The position numbers were made by a program, and so were the translations under genes. Below, one piece after another: positions 9,918 through 17,981 of a DNA stretch of 64,000 bases (positions are counted from its first letter, which is position 1; each line of letters opens with the position of its first letter). The stretch spans positions 40,598-104,597 of the forward strand of contig JAWXUU010000005.1 of assembly GCA_044426085.1 (NCBI GenBank), in the 5' to 3' direction. The notes under the pieces were generated by a model. That model was not told where the DNA came from, ran no database searches, and worked only from the letters and a program-made list of their open reading frames with translations. The DNA comes from Bacillota bacterium. GTDB taxonomy: Bacteria; Bacillota; Clostridia; Christensenellales; CAMQZB01.

Positions 9918-10520
9918 ATGGTGATTGAATTTAAAGGCAATAGTCCGAAAGTGAAATACTTCAGGCTAGGTGTTATCGGCAACAACAAGGTGGATAAACT
10001 TGAGTTTGTTATTGATAGATTTCAAGGAGATACCGACCTTGCTGACCACACTCCATATCTCAAAGTTCAAAGCAGAAATTTGGAGTGGGCAGATAAATAT
10101 TGGCTTGTGAATAACAGCAAAGATGAAACCAAGCTAAGGTTTATATATTCAATAACAGACATTCTCACTACGGAAAAAGCTGTTGATGTGCAGTTGTCTT
10201 TTGAAAAGCTTGTGGATGAAGATATTCTCGTGTGGCAAACAAAAACGTGCAACCTAGCTTTTGATGTGACGGTGAATGTTGGAGAAATTGTCGCAAGGAA
10301 GTATCCAGAAGTTCTAAAGAATATTGAAGTGGAACTGAGTGGCAAGATAACGGAATATACAAACCAATTCTTCTTTCCTAATGTTGGGGAAGAAAACAGA
10401 ATATATATTGATAAAGAAAACAACAGAATCTATCGGTACGATACCGAAGAAAACAAATACTACATCTGCGGTAGTGATTATACCGAGGTGGAAATTATAA
10501 ATTGTGGAGGAACAAATTAA
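9918..10520 (+). CDS. Tail-fibre module protein, unknown function
   Basis: GGGGAGG RBS ahead of ATG 9918, which lies 1 nt after the upstream stop. Confidence 0.45.
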   Translation: MVIEFKGNSPKVKYFRLGVIGNNKVDKLEFVIDRFQGDTDLADHTPYLKVQSRNLEWADKYWLVNNSKDETKLRFIYSITDILTTEKAVDVQLSFEKLVDEDILVWQTKTCNLAFDVTVNVGEIVARKYPEVLKNIEVELSGKITEYTNQFFFPNVGEENRIYIDKENNRIYRYDTEENKYYICGSDYTEVEIINCGGTN

Positions 10521-10521
10521 T

Positions 10522-11550
10522 ATGGCAAACAAAACAATGAACGTAACACTGCTTCTAAGAAACGATCCAGCATCGGTCTGGGAAAGTAGCAACCCAATTC
10601 TAGCGAAAGGCGAGATTGGTGTGGAAAATGACACGAGAAAATTCAAGTTCGGTGATGGAGTAACGGCATATAATTCACTAGCTTATGCAAGCAGTGGTGC
10701 TATCGAGGTGAATACAACTTCGCCACTCACAACGGATATTGGATATGACGTTGGTGCAATTTGGCTAAACACTACAACACAGCAACTGTATGTGTTGTTT
10801 GCATCGGACACAACAGCAACATGGATTGAAATTCCAAACGTAAGCGGAACAATCGATAAGGCAAACCAACTTGCAACTGCAAGAACATTCACGTTCGATG
10901 GAGCGGTGGTTTCAAACTCGAAATCTTTCGATGGTTCAGGCAATGTGACTTTCACTTTAGTGCTTGCAGGCTCAGGAGTGACAGCAGGAACGTATACAAA
11001 ACTCACAGTCAACGATAAAGGCATTGTGACAAGTGCAACAACATTGACAGCGGCGGATATCCCTGACTTGACACTTTCCAAAATCACCGACGCAGGAACT
11101 GCTGCGAGCAAAGATGTGGGAACGGAATCGGGGAATGTGCCAATCCTAGGAAGTGATGGCAAACTTGACACAAGTGTTATTCCATCCGTTGCAATGACCG
11201 ATGTTCACGTTGTTGCGAGTGAAACTGCAATGCTTGCACTAGAAGCTCAGCAAGGTGACGTGGCTGTGCGAACAGACCAAAGCAAAACATATATACTTGC
11301 AACCAACACTCCGGCAACACTTGATTCGTGGGTGCTATTGCAAACACCGGCAGATAGTGTCATTTCGGTGAATGGGAAAACAGGGGCGGTAACTCTCACA
11401 ACGTCAGATGTTTCGGAAGGTACTAACCTATATTTCACAACAGCAAGATTCGATACTGCGTTCGGTACAAAGAGCATTGCTGATTTGTCCGATGGAGATA
11501 CAGTTATGACAACGGCAGATGATATCACGCTCAATGGTGGCAATGCCTAA
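10522..11550 (+). CDS. Tail fibre protein
   Basis: GGAGG RBS. The N-terminal motif NDPASVWESSNPILAKGEIGVENDTRKFKFGDGVTAYNSLAY is the conserved phage fibre N-domain seen in HylP/Mtd-type fibres. Confidence 0.7.
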   Translation: MANKTMNVTLLLRNDPASVWESSNPILAKGEIGVENDTRKFKFGDGVTAYNSLAYASSGAIEVNTTSPLTTDIGYDVGAIWLNTTTQQLYVLFASDTTATWIEIPNVSGTIDKANQLATARTFTFDGAVVSNSKSFDGSGNVTFTLVLAGSGVTAGTYTKLTVNDKGIVTSATTLTAADIPDLTLSKITDAGTAASKDVGTESGNVPILGSDGKLDTSVIPSVAMTDVHVVASETAMLALEAQQGDVAVRTDQSKTYILATNTPATLDSWVLLQTPADSVISVNGKTGAVTLTTSDVSEGTNLYFTTARFDTAFGTKSIADLSDGDTVMTTADDITLNGGNA

Positions 11551-11561
11551 GGAGGGATTGA

Positions 11562-11978
11562 ATGGCAACTAGAGATATAACGGTTTCCATAAGTCAAAGA
11601 AGTGACACATGTGCAAATTGGCAAAGTGTGAATCCAACGCTGAAACTTGGCGAGATTGGCTATGACTCAACAAATAAACAGCTGAAGATTGGTGATGGCA
11701 CAACTGCTTGGAACAGCCTAGCTTATGTTGATGATAGCGTTGTTGCGATGATAGAAAGTCTGCAAGATAAAGTCGAGCCATCAAACACAGGCACGGCAGA
11801 CCAAGTTCTAACAAAAACATCAAGCGGTCAAGAGTGGCAAGATAAAGATGGTGGCGCTATAATCTCGACAACCGAGCCAGAAGGCAAGGAAAATGCTGTT
11901 TGGATAAACTCAAGCACAGGTGTTATAAAATATTGGAACGGAACGTCATGGGCAAGTGCCTATGGCGTTTTTGCGTAG
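11562..11978 (+). CDS. Short tail fibre paralog
   Basis: Carries the same N-terminal motif (NWQSVNPTLKLGEIGYDSTNKQLKIGDGTTAWNSLAY) as 10522-11550. Confidence 0.65.
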   Translation: MATRDITVSISQRSDTCANWQSVNPTLKLGEIGYDSTNKQLKIGDGTTAWNSLAYVDDSVVAMIESLQDKVEPSNTGTADQVLTKTSSGQEWQDKDGGAIISTTEPEGKENAVWINSSTGVIKYWNGTSWASAYGVFA

Positions 11979-11987
11979 GAGGTAAAA

Positions 11988-12506
11988 ATGACAAAACAAG
12001 ATTCTCTATTGATTTATAGAGGAGAGATGATAAGCAAAATAGCCGATGAGGGTTATTTGGGTGAAGATAAAATCCAAGAATTCAAGACTTTCATGGAAGA
12101 GAACTTTGCCACAACTGATGAAGTGAAAGCATTTGTGTATATCGAAGTAGTGAATGCGATTGCAATTTCTAAAGTTGAGGGTGATGGCCTAGAAACTAGC
12201 CTAGAAAATATGCTCAGCATCTTCGAGATGACACAATCAAAAGAAGATATAGTCACAGTTATATCCGCAATCAAAAGCATAAACAGCACAAGCTATACCG
12301 AAGCACAAGAGGAAATTGAACTGCTCAAAGAAACAACCTCAAACATACCGCATCTTGATTTGACAAGGGCGAGAATGCTCTTATCGGTGGCAATAGCAAA
12401 TAACGAGGTCGATGATATCAGAAGCTACACAACTTTACTAAGAGAATGTTCCGAAGTTGTGCAAGCGCAAAAAGATATCATGACATGGGAGAGTCAAGAT
12501 GTATGA
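11988..12506 (+). CDS. Hypothetical acidic protein in the fibre module
   Basis: GGAGG RBS; its 3' end overlaps the next gene by 8 nt. Confidence 0.4.
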   Translation: MTKQDSLLIYRGEMISKIADEGYLGEDKIQEFKTFMEENFATTDEVKAFVYIEVVNAIAISKVEGDGLETSLENMLSIFEMTQSKEDIVTVISAIKSINSTSYTEAQEEIELLKETTSNIPHLDLTRARMLLSVAIANNEVDDIRSYTTLLRECSEVVQAQKDIMTWESQDV

Positions 12507-13260
12507 GCAAGGTAGTATTATTTCTGCATCGGAAATAAACAGCCTTAAAGCCGAAGTGAAAGCGGAAATGTTGAGAAGAAGTTTGACAGGTTCGCTTTCT
12601 GCTTATGGTGGTACAAGTTGGGATTTTTCCGAAACACCAGTGAGTGGTGGAACTATCATGGAAGAACACTTCACTAAAATAAACACGCCAGTTGGGCAAA
12701 TAAACACAACTGGCTTGCCGACAGCAGAAGATTCCAAGTTCCCAGCACTTGATGGATTGAACGGAAAACTAGCCACGTATAAAAGCTATACAGGCCTTAG
12801 CAGTACAACGCATGGCTGTGTATCTTCTTGCAGTGGTCTTTGCTATTCATCTTGCACGAGTTGCACAAGCTGCACGGGGTGCAGTGGTTGTGGAAGTGGT
12901 TGTGCAAGTGGGTGTAGTGGCTGTGATGGATGTAGCGGTTGCGGAAGTGGTTGTGCGAGCGGATGCAGTGGTTGCGATGGATGTAGCGGTTGTGGCAGTG
13001 GCTGTGCTAGTGCCTGCGATGGCTGCGATGGATGTTCAGGCTGTGGAAGTGCCTGTTCAAATAGCTGTGATAGTAGCTGTAAAGGTGGCTGTGAGGGCGG
13101 TTGCACGGGCAGTTGCTCAAGCGGTTGCGTAGGCAGTTGTCAAGGTGGTTGCAATACTACTTGCTCAGGGACGTGCAGTGGTTGCTCGGGTTGTTCAAGT
13201 TGCACTGGTGGTTGCACAGGGTCGTGTGTAGGTGGTTGCTCGGGAGGTGTATTATTTTGA
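12499..13260 (+). CDS. Cys-rich repeat protein (~110-aa unique N-domain plus ~145-aa C-x2/3-C Gly/Ser domain with ~40 Cys)
   Basis: ATG overlaps the upstream gene. C-terminal sequence ...CSGCGSGCASGCSGCDGCSGCGSGC... I counted the Cys residues by hand. Confidence 0.8.
   Translation: MYEQGSIISASEINSLKAEVKAEMLRRSLTGSLSAYGGTSWDFSETPVSGGTIMEEHFTKINTPVGQINTTGLPTAEDSKFPALDGLNGKLATYKSYTGLSSTTHGCVSSCSGLCYSSCTSCTSCTGCSGCGSGCASGCSGCDGCSGCGSGCASGCSGCDGCSGCGSGCASACDGCDGCSGCGSACSNSCDSSCKGGCEGGCTGSCSSGCVGSCQGGCNTTCSGTCSGCSGCSSCTGGCTGSCVGGCSGGVLF
12886..13038 (+). repeat. 3 x 51-bp in-frame tandem repeat (17-aa unit GCGSGCASGCSGCDGCS) with degenerate flanking units
   Basis: Units at 12886-12936, 12937-12987 and 12988-13038 align by eye with a few substitutions. 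Confidence 0.85.
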
Positions 13261-13529
13261 TAAATATAAAAATTGATTGTGGATTATCTGAATATATTGA
13301 GAAATTGCAGTATGAAAAGAATACTGCAGAAAGAGAACTAAGGATTGCAAAAGCATTGGGTTTCAAAAAAGAAACAGTTTGTGCTGCTTGCAAGAGAGCA
13401 AAAGTGGCACAAGTGAAGTATGGCACAGCGTGTGAAGAATTTGGAAAAATGCTAACTGAGGCAATTCCAAAGCTGCAGCGTTGGAACTTGGATTTTCAGG
13501 CGCGGGAGGTGACTTATGAAACGTCTTGA
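13257..13529 (+). CDS. Small (90 aa) helical protein, TTG start, coupled on both sides
   Basis: GGGAGG at 13242-13247 lies 9 nt before TTG 13257, which overlaps the upstream TGA (TTGA). Its 3' end overlaps the rSAM start by 14 nt. The ORF track shows it only as the tail of a longer artefactual ORF, 13101-13529. Confidence 0.6.
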   Translation: MINIKIDCGLSEYIEKLQYEKNTAERELRIAKALGFKKETVCAACKRAKVAQVKYGTACEEFGKMLTEAIPKLQRWNLDFQAREVTYETS

Positions 13530-14775
13530 ACCATTCCACGATAAAATGGGTAGGTTGTACGGAGCAATGCCACTCAATGTGACACTGCAAGTAACGGAAG
13601 ATTGTAACTTAGCTTGCACCTATTGCTACCAATGCAGTAAGAGCAAAAATAGAATGACATTCGATGTTGCGAAGCAATTTGTCGATGAACTTATCAACGG
13701 CAACTATGATAACTATTTTGTGAAAGGTGAGCGTGATGGCTACATCTTCGACTTTATTGGCGGAGAACCGTTCCTTGAAATTGACTTAATTGATAGGACA
13801 ACAGAATATATTCTCAGAACAATGTTGGAGCGTGGCATGGACACATCAAAGGTGATGTTCAGCTTTTCTACCAACGGCACTCTATATTTTGAAGAGAAAG
13901 TGCAAGCTTACTTGGATAAATATTTTGAATATATCTCACTGAGCATAACACTTGATGGGAACAAAGCCTTGCATGATAGTTGCAGAGTATTTCACGATGG
14001 CTCAGGCAGTTACGACATGGCAGAAAAGGCAATGAAGCATTGGCAAGCTAAAGGCGGATACGTTGGCACAAAGCTAACAATTTGTCACGAGAACTTGCCG
14101 TATCTTTCGGAGGCTGTTATCCATATGCTAGGACTTGGTATCGAAGAACTGCACATGAATTGCGTGTACGAAGATGTATGGAAAGATGGCGATGCAAAAT
14201 TATTGTATCAGCAGTTGAAAGTGATTGGTGACCATATCATCGATAGAGGAAAAGATATTGCTGTATCTATGCTAAACAGAGAAAACTTTCAGCCACTTCC
14301 AGAAACGGAAACACAAAACTGGTGTGGCGGAGATGGAAGAATGATAGCTTTGGACTATGCAGGCAGAATTTTTCCATGCTTAAGATACATGGGTTCAAGT
14401 TTGAAAAATCAAAAACCATTTGAGATTGGAAGAATCGGCGAGGGAATTGCAAAACAAGAAAACTATTGCTCACGTTGCAGTGTTCTTTCTTGCATAACAC
14501 GTCAGAGCCAGTCACCAGAAAAGTGTTTGACTTGCCCAGTCGCAAAAGGTTGTGGGTGGTGTAGTGCGTATAACTATGATCTATTCGGAACTCCAAACAA
14601 GCGTGCAACATATCACTGCGAAATGCACAAAGCAACAGCACTTGCGAATGCGTACTATTGGAACAAGCGATTCATAGAATTTGAAGTCGGCTTGCCACGA
14701 GAAGAAGTGGAAAGCCTAATAGGAAAGGAAGAGGCAGAGTGCCTAAGGGAGGTAATATTTGGCAACAGTTACTAA
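13516..14775 (+). CDS. Radical SAM enzyme with a C-terminal SPASM-type auxiliary Fe-S domain (anSME / peptide-maturase-like)
   Basis: CNLACTYC (CxxxCxxC) at residues ~30-37. C-terminal Cys pattern: WCGGDG...GRIFPC, then CSRCSVLSC, CLTCPVAKGCGWC and YHC. Confidence 0.85.
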   Translation: MKRLEPFHDKMGRLYGAMPLNVTLQVTEDCNLACTYCYQCSKSKNRMTFDVAKQFVDELINGNYDNYFVKGERDGYIFDFIGGEPFLEIDLIDRTTEYILRTMLERGMDTSKVMFSFSTNGTLYFEEKVQAYLDKYFEYISLSITLDGNKALHDSCRVFHDGSGSYDMAEKAMKHWQAKGGYVGTKLTICHENLPYLSEAVIHMLGLGIEELHMNCVYEDVWKDGDAKLLYQQLKVIGDHIIDRGKDIAVSMLNRENFQPLPETETQNWCGGDGRMIALDYAGRIFPCLRYMGSSLKNQKPFEIGRIGEGIAKQENYCSRCSVLSCITRQSQSPEKCLTCPVAKGCGWCSAYNYDLFGTPNKRATYHCEMHKATALANAYYWNKRFIEFEVGLPREEVESLIGKEEAECLREVIFGNSY

Positions 14776-15124
14776 AATCTATAAAGGATATACAGTTAGA
14801 CTATCTGGCAGAAAGAAAGGGTGCATGTCATTCTTTGGCTATATCTCAATAGTGAGTTCAGCGTGGCACGATGTGTATATTCTAAACCATGAAATAGGTC
14901 ACGAAAGACAGCGTGCCAAATACGGCAATCTCAAAACTTTGTTCAAGGTTTATATCCCAAGTATCTTCGGATATTGGTGCAAAAATCTAAGCTATGAGGA
15001 CTACTATAAACAGCCGTGGGAAGCTGATGCAAATAAACTAGGTGGCAATGAGTATTGGGAAAATGACCAATACAATCCGCCTCTGACCGAAGATGAGATT
15101 GAGGAGGAAATTAGCAAAGGATGA
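14759..15124 (+). CDS. Small HExxH-motif protein (putative zinc metallopeptidase)
   Basis: TTG start 6 nt after AAGGGAGG, overlapping the rSAM 3' end by 17 nt. Motif ILNHEIGHERQ. Confidence 0.55.
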   Translation: MATVTKIYKGYTVRLSGRKKGCMSFFGYISIVSSAWHDVYILNHEIGHERQRAKYGNLKTLFKVYIPSIFGYWCKNLSYEDYYKQPWEADANKLGGNEYWENDQYNPPLTEDEIEEEISKG

Positions 15125-15417
15125 TTGAGATAGCAATCGGTATCGTGGCAAGTGTGACAGGTGGGTTCGCACTTTTTTTATTGCAAAGATATTTCAAAAA
15201 GAAAGAACGTCAAGATGAACTAAGAGATAGCAAAAAAGCGCGAGAAAACATACTTATAATTAAGAGTATTGATGCTATCGGAGATTTGACAGAAGCAAAC
15301 AGCATAGCACTTCGTGATGGAAAAACCAACGGAGAAATGCACGAGGCAATGGACCATTATGGTTCGGTGAAAAAAGAGATGTATATATATCTCTTGGAAC
15401 AAAATTCAAAGAAATAA
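15121..15417 (+). CDS. Small membrane protein (one N-terminal TM helix plus a charged helical tail)
   Basis: ATGA overlap with the upstream gene. N-terminus IEIAIGIVASVTGGFALFLL followed by a Lys/Glu-rich segment. Confidence 0.5.
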   Translation: MIEIAIGIVASVTGGFALFLLQRYFKKKERQDELRDSKKARENILIIKSIDAIGDLTEANSIALRDGKTNGEMHEAMDHYGSVKKEMYIYLLEQNSKK

Positions 15418-15561
15418 ATGTGAAAATACTTCGCACTGCTGCGTTAAGAGCAAATTTTTTCGGTTCACGTATTTTAATACGCTCGCCTCAAAAATTTCCT
15501 CTTGCCTTGCATTGCTCGCATTTTCGCATTTATTCAATATTAAAAATAGGAGTAAAATTTT

Positions 15562-15945
15562 ATGACAACAGAAATGATTCAAACAATAATTCAAACACTG
15601 CTAACAGCAGTAATCTTGCCACTACTAACATACGCAGGCGTGGCACTCAAAAATCTTATCGATGAAAAGATAAAAGACTCAACAGTTGCAAGATATCTAT
15701 CAAGCGCAACCGATGCCGTGGAAAATGCGGTTACTGCAGTAATGCAAACCTATGTTGCAAACTTAAAATACGATGATCTATTCGACGAAGAAGCTCAAAA
15801 AACAGCTTTCGCACTTGCAGTAGAAAAAGCAACACAATCAATAACAGTAGATGGCAAAGCTATCATAGCAGAACTATACGGTGACTTCGACACATGGCTA
15901 GCCGATAAAATCGAAGCAACAGTATATAAAGAAAACGCAGAGTAG
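15562..15945 (+). CDS. Holin (LL-H-family-like)
   Basis: AGGAG RBS. N-terminal TM segment IIQTLLTAVILPLLTYAGVAL plus an amphipathic tail, ~127 aa, at the end of the late operon. Confidence 0.6.
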   Translation: MTTEMIQTIIQTLLTAVILPLLTYAGVALKNLIDEKIKDSTVARYLSSATDAVENAVTAVMQTYVANLKYDDLFDEEAQKTAFALAVEKATQSITVDGKAIIAELYGDFDTWLADKIEATVYKENAE

Positions 15946-15954
15946 AAAGCGGAA

Positions 15955-15984
15955 AAAGCATTATCTTCGGGTAATGCTTTTTAT
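15955..15984 (+). terminator. Rho-independent terminator of the late operon
   Basis: Hairpin AAAGCATTA-TCTTCGG-TAATGCTTT followed by a T-run. Confidence 0.75.
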
Positions 15985-15998
15985 CTATATGGGGGAAT

Positions 15999-16211
15999 AT
16001 GGAAGAGAACACGGAAAAAAGAAAATTGCCACGTATGCGAACCATTGAAGAAACCTATGCTTTCTTGCTAGGTGAAGATGCGGAAACTGGCATAACAAAA
16101 TATTGGATTAGAGAAATGTGCAAGCAGAACAAAGTACATTGCTTGAAGAGTGGTAGTAAATATTTAATCAATTTAGATGATCTAATTGTGAAATTGTCTG
16201 AGGGTTGCTGA
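15999..16211 (+). CDS. Excisionase-family HTH DNA-binding protein
   Basis: 70 aa, immediately upstream of the integrase. Pattern RMRTIEETYAFL...ITKYWIREMCKQNKV fits MerR/excisionase-type HTH proteins. Confidence 0.6.
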   Translation: MEENTEKRKLPRMRTIEETYAFLLGEDAETGITKYWIREMCKQNKVHCLKSGSKYLINLDDLIVKLSEGC

Positions 16212-16352
16212 ACTTTCAGACGATTTTTTTATTTATTTTCATTCTAAGGCTGTGGTAGGAGTATTTGCTAGACTTTAAAAATTCTTTGCGGTAATGTTGC
16301 TGTTAGCAAAGCTGGAAGAATATATCGGCTAAAAATAAAAGGAGGAGATGTT

Positions 16353-17744
16353 ATGGCATCAATAACGAAAAGAGAGAATAAAAAAGGTATCGCATATAAG
16401 ATACAAGTAAAAGTAAAAGACAAAGGTTCGGGCAAAGACATAGTGAAATCAACTACATGGCAAGTGCCAGCTGGCATGAACGCAAAGCAAGCTGAAAGGG
16501 CGGTGATAGTTGAAGCTGAAAAATATGAAGAGCAAGTGAAGAAAATGCTGTCAAGTTCAGCGGATATAGATAGTGATAGCAAAATCACATTTGCAAAGTT
16601 CGCGGAAATATGGCTTGAGAAATGCAAGCAAGAGAACAGTGAGATATACTATGTGAACTCAAGAAAATGTATAAACACAGCTAATCAATATATAGGTGGA
16701 TATAAATTGACTGAGCTGAGTCCAAGAATAATTCAAAACTTCTATGGAAAAATAGATATGCTGACAATGATCACATATAAAATCACCCCTCACGTGGATA
16801 AAATCCGAGAGGCAATGAAAGAAAAGAGCATGAGATTCACGGACATGAAAAAAGGTAGCAATAACTTCACTGTAACAACTGTGCTTAATGGTAAGCCTGT
16901 CAAGCTGCAAACAGCTGAGCGGGTAAGCGAAATTCTAGGTCGCAAGGTGGAAGAACTGTTCGATGTGGAGAAAACTGAAAAGCCGTACGCTCACGAAACC
17001 ATACACAAAGTGAAAAGAACGGTGAGAGCAATATTGGCACTTGCCAAAAAGCAAAGGCTTGTTGATGACAACTATGCAACAGCTGACTACATCACATTCC
17101 CTAAAAAGCCAAAGGTGGAAATTGAGCATCTCGATGATGTGGGTGCAAAGAGATTGTATCAGGCACTTGAAACATGCGACAACCCGCAAAAGAAAATAGC
17201 GGTGCTGATACCACTGCTGACTGGCATGAGAAAAGGCGAACTATGTGGACTAGAGTGGGAAGATATAGACTTTGAGAAATCTACCATAAGCATAAAACGC
17301 AGTAGAATATCCGTGAACACAGTGGGTGTGATAGATAAGTCGACTAAGACTGAAAGTTCGGAAAGAACCTTAACAATGCCAAATAGACTCAAGGAAGAAC
17401 TGCTAATCTACAAGGCATGGCAAGAGGCTAGAATAGACACATTCGGAGATAGATGGGAGAACTCAGGGCGAATACTCACATCGGAATTCGGTGGCAAAAT
17501 ACACCCAAGTGTGCCAAATGGTTGGCTCAACGATATAGTGAAAAAAGCAGGTCTGCCACACGTAACTATGCACTCGCTTAGGCACACTAACATAACCCTT
17601 CAAATAATGGCAGGCGTGCCACTGGTCACAGTAAGCGGTCGAGCAGGACACGCAAGAACCAGCACTACAACGGATATATACAGTCACTTCATAAAAAGCA
17701 GTGATAAAGAAGCTGCAGATAAGTTGGATAGTATATTCGGATAG
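16353..17744 (+). CDS. int: Tyrosine site-specific integrase
   Basis: C-terminal catalytic pattern HSLRHT...GHARTSTTTDIYSH (R..HxxR..Y) and an N-terminal SAM-like domain. GGAGG RBS. Confidence 0.9.
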   Translation: MASITKRENKKGIAYKIQVKVKDKGSGKDIVKSTTWQVPAGMNAKQAERAVIVEAEKYEEQVKKMLSSSADIDSDSKITFAKFAEIWLEKCKQENSEIYYVNSRKCINTANQYIGGYKLTELSPRIIQNFYGKIDMLTMITYKITPHVDKIREAMKEKSMRFTDMKKGSNNFTVTTVLNGKPVKLQTAERVSEILGRKVEELFDVEKTEKPYAHETIHKVKRTVRAILALAKKQRLVDDNYATADYITFPKKPKVEIEHLDDVGAKRLYQALETCDNPQKKIAVLIPLLTGMRKGELCGLEWEDIDFEKSTISIKRSRISVNTVGVIDKSTKTESSERTLTMPNRLKEELLIYKAWQEARIDTFGDRWENSGRILTSEFGGKIHPSVPNGWLNDIVKKAGLPHVTMHSLRHTNITLQIMAGVPLVTVSGRAGHARTSTTTDIYSHFIKSSDKEAADKLDSIFG

Positions 17745-17753
17745 GATAGGACA

Positions 17754-17815
17754 TTATATAGTAAAGTACAAACACCCCTAGTGAAGATAAATTCTTCCGC
17801 CAGGGGTGTTTTTTC
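17754..17815 (+). repeat. Copy 1 of a ~61-bp terminator-containing direct repeat
   Basis: TTATATAGTAAAGTACAAACACCCCTAGTG...CAGGGGTGTTTT; near-identical to 18959-19019. Contains hairpin ACACCCCT(A)G/C(Y)AGGGGTGT plus a T-run. Confidence 0.85.
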
Positions 17816-17817
17816 TA

Positions 17818-17846
17818 TTGCAATTGTGTGTAAATTATGCTAATAT
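17818..17846 (+). promoter_or_regulatory. Sigma-A-type promoter for the cargo gene
   Basis: TTGCAA, 17-nt spacer, TAATAT. Confidence 0.5.
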
Positions 17847-17981
17847 ATATGCGTAAGTAGTACGTTCAAAATCACTTAGAATCGTTTGTTATGCCTAGAT
17901 TTTTAAAAGTGGAGGTGTACGCAGAAAGCCTTGCAGAATTTACTCTATTATATAGGAATATAATTCAAAGGAGTAAAATAT

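Noticed and set aside
10522-11978. Diversity-generating retroelement acting on the Mtd-like tail fibres
   Set aside because: Only the conserved N-terminal fibre motif is shared. There is no reverse transcriptase gene and I see no template/variable repeat pair in the window.
12812-13132. Long ORFs on both strands (12812-13132 plus strand, 12843-13106 minus strand) inside the Cys-rich gene
   Set aside because: They are alternative-frame readings of the TGY/GGY/AGY codon repeats, giving Val/Ala-rich and Pro/Gln/Leu-rich nonsense. They have no RBS and are fully nested in a gene with a coupled start.
13101-13256. The N-terminal 52 codons of track ORF 13101-13529
   Set aside because: This part is an out-of-frame reading of the Cys repeats. 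A strong RBS and the TTG at 13257 define the plausible real start.
15420-15665. 81-aa ORF between the small membrane protein gene and the holin
   Set aside because: It has no RBS and a GTG start, overlaps the well-supported holin start, and its product is low-complexity (Asn/Ser/Arg-rich). The interval is more likely an untranslated spacer.
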